Notes under the pieces: generated by a model
Told to the model about the DNA's origin: nothing
The model's database searches: none
Seen by the model: only the letters and a program-made list of their open reading frames with translations
Program-made: the position numbers and the translations under genes
Source of the DNA: Octopus vulgaris
Lineage: Eukaryota
Length of the DNA: 64,000 nucleotides
Direction: 5' to 3'
Assembly: GCA_951406725.2 (NCBI GenBank)
Contig: OX597823.1
Span: 65,906,001-65,970,000 of the forward strand
Shown here: piece by piece, positions 26,746-38,480 of the stretch
Numbering within the stretch: the first letter of the stretch is position 1
Layout: every line of letters starts with the position of its first letter

Positions 26746-28000
26746 CAGGGTGGGGAAGTTGTTTTTTCTCAGGAGGCACTGAGTCAATTGTTTTGAAACC
26801 TAGCATATATTGATGTCATACTGATATCTAACACTATTATCCTTACCTTTTCAGAAACCTTTGCCCATATGAGTAATCAGGAAAGCAAAAGTCAAAGAGT
26901 GTGCGATTTTCTGAATGCAGTCGGCACACAAAAGGAGATTTCAAAAATAGTTGGAGTGTCCATAAAGACTATTTATAATGTAACGAATAGAATGACTATG
27001 AGCAAAACTAATACGAGGAAGTCTGGAAGTTGAGGAATCAACAAAACACGTACCAAAGCTTTTATTAAAGCTCTCAAATCCCAAATTCTAAAGGATCCAA
27101 ACAAATCCATGAGAGAAATGGCAATTGAACTTGAGGTAGAAAACAAGACCATTAGAAATGCTGTAAAATATGATCTGAGGTTAAAATCCTACACAAGAAC
27201 ACCAAAACACTTGTTGACAACTGCTATGAAGGAAAGAGATTGGAGAGGTGCAAGAAAATTATTACATGGTTCAAGAAAAAGTCCTCCATTGTAACGATCT
27301 TTTCAGATGAAAAGATTTTCACTGTCGATGCTGTTCTGAACTGCAGAAATGACAGATTTATCGCAAAATCAACAGCTGAGGTTAAGGGGACATTCAAAAC
27401 AAAATATCCTGCTCAAGTTATGCCTTTTGGTGTTGTGGCTTCTGATGGAAAGAAAATGCCTATAAAATTCTACAAAGCTGATGAAAAGATCAATGTTAAT
27501 ACTTACTACAAGACTCTGAGATACCAGGTATTTCCATGGCTTAAGGCAAACTACGCAGATTGTAATCATGTATTGGCACAGGATGGTGCTTCAGCCTACA
27601 CAGCTAGACAAAATACAAGATTTCTGCAAATCCAACTTTATCAATTTTTTGGAATCATGTTTATGGCCGCCTTCTAGCCCAGATCTGAACTATCTGGATT
27701 ATGCTATTTGGGGCGTTTTAGAACATGCTACCAATAGAACATCACACAGCAATGTCGACTCTGTTAAAGAAGAATGGGAGAAGTTGTCTCCCGAATATTT
27801 GAGGAACGCCTGTGCAAGTTTCAGGAAGCGTGTGAAGGCAGTTATTAAGAAAGTAGGAGGACACATAGAATAAAAATAGTTTCTATTATGTAAATTGTCT
27901 TGTGGCAAATAAATTCTCATGATTTTCAATAAACAGATTGGTCATACACTGTCTTTCAATCCCTGCCTCAAAATATTGTAAATTTCGCTTCCCCACCCTG
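26746..28000 (+). mobile_element. Tc1/mariner DD37D (maT) transposon, frameshifted
   Basis: TA|CAGGGTGGGGAAG ... CTTCCCCACCCTG|TA termini. Motifs FSDEKIFTVD, QDGASAYTA and WPPSSPDLNYLDYAIWG. Confidence 0.92.
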
Positions 28001-28447
28001 TATATATCTACAAATATATATACATGAGTGCAAGTATGAACGGTGCCAATAACATTTGGTCTGCTCATACAACTTTATTTCAGTATGAATATTTATAAGG
28101 TATGTGAAAGAGACTTGTAAAAATTTGTAATAAACATTTCCGTTCAGATAATCGTTGCAGAAACATATTGTACATATAGATTAAATTATTAAACCAAAGT
28201 AAGTGCTTACACATGTTTACGCCAGGCTTTATTGTTTCTATCACTAAGTCCCTGGATTGCTACCGTACAAAGACACCAGTATAAACTGTCAATTTTAGAT
28301 AATTCATAACAAACACTCTAACGGTTCTATTTGTAAATTATTTTCACCGATCTTTGCACTGGCAAACGACTAATTCAAGGGACATATTACAAACATATAA
28401 GGATTGACACACAAACTCTCATTGTATACTAACGTATATACCATATA

Positions 28448-29799
28448 CAGACCGTGCCGTATATGGTATATGTATGTATATGGTATATACGTTAGTATAT
28501 ACCATATACATAAATTGGCGCCGTCATATATTTTTAATTTCGCACATGCACTGTTTGTTTTTCACTTTGTTGACTAGAGAGTATGGCAGCGTCAGCCGGG
28601 CACCATCTATGAGAAAAACAGCACTATGACAACATTCACCCTGCCAGTGGAAACTTGGAAACGACATACTGCACAGCTTGACATTCGCACCGGAAGCTCC
28701 AATACGAACATTTTAGAGTGTTCGGGTATCAATCTGGGTACTACAAAACATTCGTAAAGAGTTCGATGAGTTTTAAAGGGATTACGAAGGCATGGCAGTG
28801 CGGAAAACTTACTGTGATCGTTCTAATTACAAATGAACTCCTGAATTTTTTGGTGAGCTCCAGGCCATGATTGACAACGTCCCCACCAAGTCAGTCAAGA
28901 TCATCACCAGGGATATGAGAGTGTTTGAGTTACGTATCAGGCAGGTAGTGCATGAAGATATTCGGCATTTCTCATACAAGTTGAGAAAGGGCAAATGTTT
29001 AACCCAAGCCATCACAGACAAGAGGTACGACCGTGCTACGAAGCTTTTAAACAAACTCAAGCATCTCTTCCAAGCGAAATGCTTTTGTTTTTCTCAGACG
29101 AGAAGCATTTCTGTCAGGATTAGATGATGAACACACAGAACAACCGTTGGATTGCTGTGTCCCCAAAACGTACTGAGAGAGATAAAAATTAAACATCCAG
29201 TCAACATTATGGTGTTTGGGTTGATCACTAATGATGGCGATGTTATGCTTCCATTCATCTTTCCACACAGCCTCAGACTCAACACAGAGGCCTACATCAA
29301 GTCCCTTGAGGTGGTTGTGCTGCCCTGGGTCAAGAATGTGGCTGCTGGAAGACCCTATGTCTAGCAACAGGACTCCGCACACATGGCTGACAGACAAAAT
29401 CTCCGACCACATCACCCATAATATCTGGCCACCTAACTTTCCAGTCTGCAACCTCCTAGATTATTACGTGTGGGATGTAGGTGAGCGAGTGACCAACAAA
29501 ACTCCTTGTAACACGAAAGATGAACTGAAGGCAATGATTATGGCAGCATTCACAAACTTAAAGGAGAAGACAGTCCAGAGGGGATGTAGGGGATTCAGAA
29601 GCCGTCTTGAGGTCGTGGTTGCCGCACATGGCAATTTTATATAATAAATGGTATTTTATATACTAGTATTTTATATAATAAATAGTATTATATAATAAAT
29701 AGTATTTCAAGATATGTTCATGTTAATTTTGGTAAATATATCTGTTAAATTAGATGTCACTGTTATTTTCATTTGGTGTAATTGGTTCACCGCACCCTG
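28448..29799 (+). mobile_element. Second DD37D (maT)-type transposon, frameshifted, left TIR rearranged
   Basis: FSDEK, KHPVNIMVFGLITNDG, QQDS, WPPNFPVCNLLDYYVW. Right end is ccgcaccctg|ta. Confidence 0.88.
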
Positions 29800-30070
29800 T
29801 ATGTCCATGTGTGACTATATGTATGCATACATTTATATATTTCTATGCCATACTGCTGCATAGTAGCTGAACAATATCATTTATGTGACATATTAGCCAG
29901 ACGGAAAACATTATGAGAGACACACACCAAAGGTTTCGTAAGTAGCAGGGTCGAAGTTAAAACCACATAATTTCCAAGTGTAACTCTTAAAGATACCAAA
30001 ACTATGAAACCGTGTAACAAAAGTACATACATACAAACACACATGCATGCACGCACACACATACTCACTC

Positions 30071-30103
<33 letters not shown>

Positions 30104-30146
30104 AAGGTAGTTGTAGACAGACAGCTAGAGAAACAGACAGACAGTC

Positions 30147-30185
<39 letters not shown>

Positions 30186-30214
30186 AGAGATGAGAAATTA
30201 TACACGTTATTTCG

Positions 30215-30399
30215 ATTATTTATATTTGACGGATATTTGTCCTCTTCTTGTTTGTTGTAAACACAACGTTTCGGCTGATATACTCTCCAGCCTTGACAAT
30301 TTTGGCAAGACACCTGATGAAGGCTGGAGGGTACATCAATCGAAACGTTAAGTTAACAACAAACAAGGTGAGGACAAATATCCGTCAAATATAAATAAT
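30215..30399. repeat. 80-bp imperfect inverted repeat carrying a hammerhead motif, between (TA)n tracts
   Basis: Arms 30215-30294 and 30320-30399. CTGATGA at 30314-30320 and GAAAC-GTT at 30342-30349. Confidence 0.85.
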
Positions 30400-30406
30400 G
30401 TCAATA

Positions 30407-30445
<39 letters not shown>

Positions 30446-30596
30446 TGTGAAATAGAAAGATGAATAATCTTGTAGTAGATTAATCAAAAGTTTAACCGAT
30501 ACCTTAGTAGCAAAAATCACAGCAGTAAAACAGCACGGTTGGAGGTACAACCATATGGTGTTGCAACCGTGCGTTGGTGCGGATAATTGAAATTAG

Positions 30597-30950
30597 AACA
30601 TTATTGGTGAATTGAAGAAATGGAGCTGAACGCAGATTGAACAGAAATCGTTTTATTTCATTCTACACGTGTTTCGAAAGGCACAAATTACCAAAATCCG
30701 ATGGAATAATGGGACCATATTGTGTCTTTCTCTTCAGGAAGAAAATAGGAAATCCGTTGGAAAAACAAAAACAGAACAGAGGCGGAGCAAAAACAAATCG
30801 AACTATGCTCCCAGAAGAGAAAGACACAATATGGTCCCATTATTCCATCGGATTTTGGTAATTTGTGCCTTTCGAAACACGTGTAGAATGAAATAAAACG
30901 ATTTCTGTTCAATCTGCGTTCAGCTCCATTTCTTCAATTCACCAATAATG

Positions 30951-30952
<2 letters not shown>
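30597..30952. repeat. 142-bp near-perfect inverted repeat with 72-bp spacer
   Basis: Arms 30597-30738 and 30811-30952. The ORF track shows the same N-terminal translation on both strands. I found one mismatch (30736/30813). Confidence 0.97.
30654..30747 (-). ncRNA. Type I hammerhead ribozyme
   Basis: Minus strand: TTC-CTGAAGA-GAAAGACACAA...TTGTGCCTTTC-GAAAC-ACGT-GTA-GAA. Canonical G10.1-C11.1 pair; helix III is the palindrome ACACGTGT. Confidence 0.82.
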
Positions 30953-31020
<68 letters not shown>

Positions 31021-31499
31021 GTAGAATTTCGATGGCTAGATCCGATTTGTCCATGTCCATTTTGTCACACCCAGGTAAGCAAGGCGTTATCTGTCAGTTG
31101 AAAGCATCTGTATTGGTCTACGATTGTGTTTTGGTCGCCACTCGCACCAAATAGCATACTTTACAAGAAGGATCTAGGCGCCTGAAAAAATCTGCTTCTC
31201 TCGTTCTTGGCGGAGTATTATCATGTACAAGTATGAAGGAATTCACTTCGCTACTTCTCACATCTAATAATATCAACTTACTTTCTGAGTCAAAGTAAAT
31301 GTTCTGTAATTGTGAAATCAAGATAGTTCTGAAATAACACTATTGATATGTCGCATAATACCTATCGTCTTGGAGATAAGTAGATCTCGTAATCATTGAA
31401 AATGAACAAAGATTTTTGTGGATAGGAAACTCTGATGAACACCATGGTTATTTATATCTAGCGATCTGAAGTTGTTGTGCATACATCCTATGTGCCTCG

Positions 31500-32310
31500 A
31501 AAATGCGTGCATCTATACTACGTATTCTGAGTAAGGCCACGTTCGACAGATGGAGTAATGGGAAGAAATATATAACCACCCTTATTGCAATGGATGAACA
31601 GGTATCTCGGTTTACTGACTGGTTGTAGAAATTACCTACCAGCAGGTTGTGATGCTGCCAAGCTCGAACAAACTGCTTAGTTGGTAGCCGGAGCAGTGTT
31701 GTGAGTTGAATAAACGTTTACATCAATTTTAATATATTAGGACCATATTTGACTTGTGTCGAACATTGCCAACACGCAGTCAGTAGAGAGTTTCTTCTGA
31801 TTTTCGATCCCTTCCAAAGTCATTTCAAGGTTGACAGGGGATCTTTAAATTGGTTGTCAGCCTTTTAGCACACGTTGCGTAATGGGATTTTTTCCATCCT
31901 AAAGGCAATGAAGATAATTTTTCCAGGTCAGATATATCCCAAGCACATCTCAATTGGCCTACAAGATATTCATACACTACTTCGTGTGCAAACTGTATAA
32001 GCCTAGCAGTGTTGCTCACTATTATCAGACGGTTTCAACTGATTTTTCTCCAAAAAAGCTGTGATGTTAAGTTATATCTAGTATCGCAAACGCCAGCATA
32101 GAAAAGACATACTTGCTTTCTGTCTGTACATAGTGGAAGGAATATCTATGATGAGGAGCACCAGTAAACCAGTAGGCACATCTTAGATACCATGAGTAAA
32201 TGGAAAAATGTTGTAAAGACACAAACAATCTAATATTGTGAAGAGGATCTGAAATGCTAGATTGATTGATTAAATGAATCCCCAAAGAGAATTTCATGTT
32301 CAGCTGAGAA
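31500..32310 (-). mobile_element. RTE-type LINE 3' fragment (very decayed)
   Basis: Minus-strand QLRCAWDI resembles RTE QLRWAGHI, with compatible flanking segments. Confidence 0.4.
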
Positions 32311-33467
32311 AGAAGTTATAAAAAATATTAATGAAATGGGAAAATTGATGCTGACGTGAATGACATATCATAAAGAAACAGAATTTACAGTGGCATCTTA
32401 TACAGGAATGACTAAATTTGAATGGATAAGTCTCGTACAGAAAACAAGTAGAAATGTAAAGAATATTTATGCGGAATAATAATAGAGAACACTAGGAGAA
32501 GTAGATGATGCAATGATCAACTTTGGATAAAAGATCAATGTTTTGTGATGTAAAAAGAATGAATATTATATGGAAATAAGTATAGAGCAATCTAAAATCG
32601 TGGCTACAGACTAGTTCAGAGGAGCAAAATGGAAACGCCAGTATTACAATAAACATACTATGGATTGAAATATTTAACAACCTAGAAGAAATATAAAAAA
32701 GAACCCACTTAGATTTATGGGAAGAATTACTCCATGAAAATCAGGCAAAAATAAATAATTCATACAAGATTCAGAACGAAATTAATAGAATGAAAAGGAA
32801 AACATGATCAGTCTTGTGATGGGTACGCCAAAAAATATTACATAGCAACCGCTTAACATTTGCTGTCTGGATACTGGAAATAAATATATTGAAATACACT
32901 ACTATTCACTGAGTGAATAATTTTATTATTTTTGTTTTATAACATAATTCATCAATAATAGCGTCATTGCTTACATGGCTTCGATGGACCAATCGCTGAT
33001 TCACCAAAGTTTTGATAACGAGAAATAAAGAGGGATTGAATGTGTAACTCGGCAGAACAAATGTCTTACACATATCATTTCTGTTTGAAAGCGTTGGTTT
33101 ATAGGTTTCACCTTTAAACACGTATGTCACGAAACAATAGGAGCACATACACATACAAATACTCACACTTAGATAGTGTAAGGTGAAGGATTTTCAATCG
33201 CTTTCGACAATGAGCATTACGTTTCTTATAGAAGTGAAGTACTCCACATCTTCTCCAGTTACTTAACATGTATTAGAAAAATTACTTTCAAATCTTCATA
33301 TGCTTTTCGTGATAAATTACGATTCAGTAATCATTGTCAATTTAATTCCCAAAGCAAACTTACCACAACATTCTGTCACAAGTCACTTTCGGACACAGAT
33401 TTTGCAGTTCTAGAAACGGAAAAAGAAAATACAACTCCCCACTAAAGTTATACATACATGGATTTAT

Positions 33468-33546
<79 letters not shown>

Positions 33547-33593
33547 CATATGTGTGTATATGTATATGTATATATGTATATATATATATATAC

Positions 33594-33675
<82 letters not shown>

Positions 33676-33989
33676 CGCGCATTTACACACATACACACAT
33701 GTTAATGTGTGTACAAAAATATACATAACTACACTTTCACTCATCCATTTTATTAAAGTATTTATTTGTACTGAAATGAACGGAGACAGTTACAGGAACT
33801 AAGGAATACTCAAAGATCGATATATCTATGCCACATCGACTCTCTCATCAAGCCATATGCTCTATCTTGAATATATCCAGTTTTTGAAATGACACGTAGT
33901 GTCCATTCGACACAAACACAGCACAAAAATTTGATAAATTTACAGACGCATACTACTTTATTTTCACCTGTGACATTCTAATACTAGTG

Positions 33990-34120
33990 ACAATTGGATA
34001 AATCCATATTGTTCAGCCGTATAAGAGGATGAGTTGTGCAGGAAACCTCGGATACAAATGACAACCACAAATATTGTCCTACTGGATTTCTAGCGTAATA
34101 CTAGACATGGTTCTAAAATT
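33990..34120 (-). mobile_element. RTE 3' end fragment, paralogous to 36722-36830
   Basis: Shared ~100 bp: catattgttcagcc...gttgtgcagga...acaaatgacaacca. Confidence 0.6.
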
Positions 34121-34430
34121 AACCCCATCGGAGCTGAGTTTCAATATCATAAACATCGTTTAACCAAGTATTCCGTCTTGAACCGATGGAACAGTTCTTC
34201 AAGTTTCATAAAATATCCCTTGGACAAGATACAGTAATGCTACATTATTATATAGTATCAGATACAATAATGCTATATTATTGTATTATAATGTATATAT
34301 TTACCACCTCAAATCAAAGGTGTATGAATAGTTAAATCACAGCCATTTATGAGTGTATCTACATTCATTAAGCTTGATGGCGCTGCAAGTGTTCTCAGAG
34401 TGGAAATCGAAATTTGTAACGAAATATATA

Positions 34431-34743
34431 AAAACGATAAACATCGCCCTTTTCAAGTTTAACCAGGCTCATGGGCCCGGTTTTCCGGTTTCTGTGGCGT
34501 ATGTGTTCCCCCCAGCTTGACGGGACGCCAGTCCATCGCAGCGTTACTCAGGAAACAGGAAGAGAGAGTGATATAAAGTTATGGCGAAAGAGTACAACAG
34601 GGGTCTCCCCCCTGGTCGGACCCTCGTGGAGCTTTTAGGTATTTTCGCTCAATAAACACACACAACGCCCGGTCTGGGAATCGAAACCGCGATCCTCCGA
34701 GCACGAGTCTGCTGCACTAACCACTGGGCCAATACGCCTCCAC
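34431..34743 (-). mobile_element. Full-length tRNA-derived SINE with 13-bp TSD
   Basis: Minus-strand head tggcccagtggttagtgc (A box) and ggtttcgattccc (B box). Perfect TSD aacgaaatatata at 34418-34430 and 34744-34756. Confidence 0.92.
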
Positions 34744-36005
34744 AACGAAATATATACCGATTATATTACATGGACATTTGTCCTGCAATAAAGATGGTGA
34801 TCGCGCCGTTTGGCATCACGAATTAACTGGATAGTGCGTTGCTCCAAATAAACCACCGATTTCGTACACATCATATTAATAACCTACCAGTAAATATAAT
34901 TTTACTGTTCGATAGCTACGGTGAAATTTCTGACGAATTACTATTGGTTTCCACTTTTTGCAGAAGACCAACAATCTTGTGGGTTTGGATAAGTCGATTA
35001 AATCTACCCCAGTCTTATTATATCGACCCTGAAAGAGTGAAATACAAATTCTGCGTCAGCCTAATTTGCATGCAGATCGTATAGACCGGTGAAATGAACG
35101 TATAACGTATTAAACAGCTGTATAGCTAATCTTTTATATATTCTATAAACTTCAGTAGTACAGTGAGTGAAAATTATTCTAACAAATTATATTTTTAATT
35201 GATTTCATTATTCATGCATTCATTTATAGTTACTATTTCTCCCACTTGTATTAGTCTCCTTCTCTGCTGTTATTCATATTCTGCTGACTATAATTATATT
35301 TGCTAGCTTCTATGAAGGTGTATCTCTTTCTTTGCTAAGTGGTCTTTGTCATAGTATAGCTCCTGGGAACGTCAGAGTCATGACTGCATTTTCTTTCTAT
35401 TCTATTTTTGTGTTGGTATTGTTGTGACAAGGGGGTTGTGATTCCGTGTTGGGATAACATTTATATTGATTGAACTTTCTGTTATTTCAGCAGAGAGCAT
35501 ATCACGCATAAATGTGTTACCACAAGTCAAACACAAAGACTTCTTTCAACATTGGTTCGAAAATTACCATATCTAATTGGTTACTGATATCAGTTACCTT
35601 CAGAGGGCACACAAGTCTTAACTTCCATAACCCAGCATTATCATCACTACCATAGTCGTAACGCCTTGTTATTCCACATTATTAAATTCACACACCAGTA
35701 TTCTACATATTTTGGAGCCAAGAGGGACAGCTTAACATAAGCGGTCGCCATGTATGGTGTCAAATATCGTAGCCACGAATTAAATATCTTACAACATATA
35801 TGTTTGTTCGTCCAAAGGAACCAATTAAGCTTGTTTCACTTTCAGAGATAGCGTGGCCATTCAGTCAGAAAACTTTTTTCTAATGTGCACTTAGCTGATT
35901 TCCCTTCGTTATAAACATCCTGTGGTTTCCTCTGACTACTTAAGACTGCTCGTTCATTTATACACGCACACACACACACACACACACATACACACACACA
36001 CACAT

Positions 36006-36039
<34 letters not shown>

Positions 36040-36488
36040 TTATATATATATATGCGTGTGAGTGTGTGTTCATGCACCAGCAAAAGCATCACATTCTGTG
36101 CAGTTAATTTTACTAGGCAAGATATGGCGTACTTTGTAATGATGTGCATAAGTATGTACGCATATGTATGCGTATATGTACAAGTACACACACATATACT
36201 ATATATATATTTATGCATATGGGTGTATATGTATTTATATATTTATGTATATGTTAAGAAAAATATGAGTTAGAGGTTATGCAAACGTCTTAGCGATAAA
36301 TGTATCCGTAGGCACTACTGGGGTATTACCTCACTATGTATAGTCCTAGCTTTAAGGTATACAGTAGTTGGTAATTTAAGGGTGAAACCGTGGTTTAATA
36401 TATATATAGAAAAGAATAGGAGCAATTATAAACAATGAGAAGTTGATCATTGGTACTAGAAGGTCATAGTTTAATTGTAGTCTATATC

Positions 36489-36567
36489 CATTTACAGCTG
36501 TTTCTGTTTATCAAATTTGAGTAAATTTGTATTTATCTCGTTCCATTTAACAAACATCGTCAGAATG
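36489..36567 (-). ncRNA. Type I hammerhead ribozyme
   Basis: Minus strand: CATT-CTGACGA-TGTTTGTTAAAT...ATTTGATAAACA-GAAAC-AGCT-GTA-AATG. Helix I is 4 bp, helix II is 12 bp (two G-U), helix III is the palindrome ACAGCTGT. Confidence 0.85.
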
Positions 36568-36719
36568 ATTTAGAAGAGTACAAAAAGGAGAAAATATGAA
36601 TTGAAAGGAAAAGGAAAATTCAGCAGAAAAAGGGAAAAGTTCGTTATTAGGCTTACAATTTAGTGACATTTTGGGTCCCAAAATGTCACTAAAATGTAAC
36701 TTTAATGACTTAACGAACA

Positions 36720-37290
36720 CTTGGATGAATTCATATTGTTCAGCCTTTTAAGCGGATGCGTTGTGCAGGAGGTCTCGGCCACAAATGACAACCATACATA
36801 TTAGCCTTCCGGATTCTCTTGTGTAAGTCAAATGTGGGTTTAGTAAAGGAAACCGTTAATCATGTATTATAGTACTTTGAAAACCTTTTAGCACATGGAA
36901 CAAGTTTGAGGATTGAGTTTCCTTGAGGGATTGTGGATCTTTTCCTATGGTACGTTGTTGAATGGACGGCAAGGCCTGCTTTGGTTCGTGCCTCAAAACC
37001 GCAATGAAAGGGAAGGTTTCCATTTAGAGGAGCAGGATTTCGCTTGAGTGGCTTCATACTTCTACGAACTTGGTCCTGATGCTGGAGTCAACTTAAACCT
37101 TTTAACTGAGGAGACGAAGCACTGGTGCTAGGTCCTGAATTCTGATGCTTTGTCTTCCCAGGAAGAAAAAGAATGGTGCCTTCAAACTGACCTTCCTGCC
37201 AGAAATTGGCCAAATAGAAGTTGCTTCGGAATTCTGATATCATTCATATGTGAGAGATGAACTGACCATCTAAATTTGCTTATCAAATAT
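36720..37290 (-). mobile_element. RTE-clade LINE 3' fragment with C-terminal C2H2-like fingers
   Basis: Minus strand: FRWSVHLSHMNDIRIPKQLLFGQ, WEDKASE, CGFEARTKAGLAVH, CSMC, GCHL. Confidence 0.75.
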
Positions 37291-38119
37291 GAAACACGTT
37301 TTGATTTACTGACGTAGGTAGTCTCCACATAAATACGATACAATCATTATTTTAAAAAAATTACGTCTTATTTGCTGTATTTAAATCTGAAATATTTCGA
37401 CCTCTACGTAGAAGCACTCAAACCTCTTCTCTCATTACATTGTTGTTCATACACTTACTGTCATTATTAATTCAAAAGATGTTGTTATCAATTTGCTCTT
37501 GATGAAGTTTTTGATAGTAAGCATCAGAAAGAGGAAGACGGAGAATGACGGGAAAGCTATTTTGCACAAGCTCAGCTATGGTAATGCACTACAAGTGTCG
37601 CAATGTGGTCATCGTTGTCTTTCGTATAGTTTGTATGATAATAATCAATTCAAAGTCATTATACATAGGGTCATCCAATATATTGCCAACAAGAAAAACC
37701 AACCCACATGACCAGCCTTGACTTCCGAAGGCAAACATGCTCACTTAACTGTACATAAGTTGTTTATTTGTTTTCTTTTAGTTGACATTCGCCACTATCA
37801 TCTACTGCTTGAAAAATTCGTTGCAGGAATATCAAAAATGCCTCCCAACTATACTATATGTATTATGCTTGAAAATACGTTGGCATAGAGAAGTGTAGAA
37901 TGGATTCGAAAATTGAAATGTGCCATCAGTGATGACCTGGAGTTAGACAGCAACTCACCGCTGACTACTGCAATAGCAAATACTTGCTTTCAATATATTT
38001 CAATTTGAACATTTATATAAGACAGCGATAACGTGAAAATTTTACTTAATATTTACCTTTAACTTTGTTCCTTACGAATCGAAGATTTTGATATCGCTTC
38101 ATCTTGATTTCTAATGATG

Positions 38120-38480
38120 GCTTTTAATATTTGCACAAGTCAAGCAGTTCCGGGGAAGAGTTTAAGTTGATTACCCTAGTACTCAACTGGTACTTTTATT
38201 GATTTCGAAAAGATGAACAGCAAAGCCGACCCCAGCAGCAGCATTTGAACTGAGGACACGAAAACGGACGAAATGCCGGTAAAGATTTTGCCCGGCGGGC
38301 TTGCAAGCGATTCTGCCAGTTCGCCGCCTTATCTTGGTTTCTAATTTTGGCAAATCACCGCATATTTTCAAGAAAGGGTATATTACGTTGTCGGTCCTTG
38401 ATAGCTGTAACTGAAAGGTGACATCGACGGAATTTGAACACAACTCCTGTAGAAAAATGATTAAATGCACCAGCACATTT
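38120..38480 (-). mobile_element. Two adjacent Meta-type SINE remnants
   Basis: ctggtacttttattgatttcgaaaagatgaacagcaaagccgac...atttgaactgagg...gattctgccagttcgccgcc, followed by a second partial copy. Confidence 0.7.

Noticed and set aside
33990-36830. ~100-bp diverged direct repeats 2.7 kb apart, suggesting LTRs or duplicated exons
   Set aside because: Explained as two RTE 3' fragments. The second is continuous with clear RTE motifs.
37480-37970. Possible host exon or Academ-like transposase piece
   Set aside because: Only scattered short motifs, with stops in all frames; cannot be supported.
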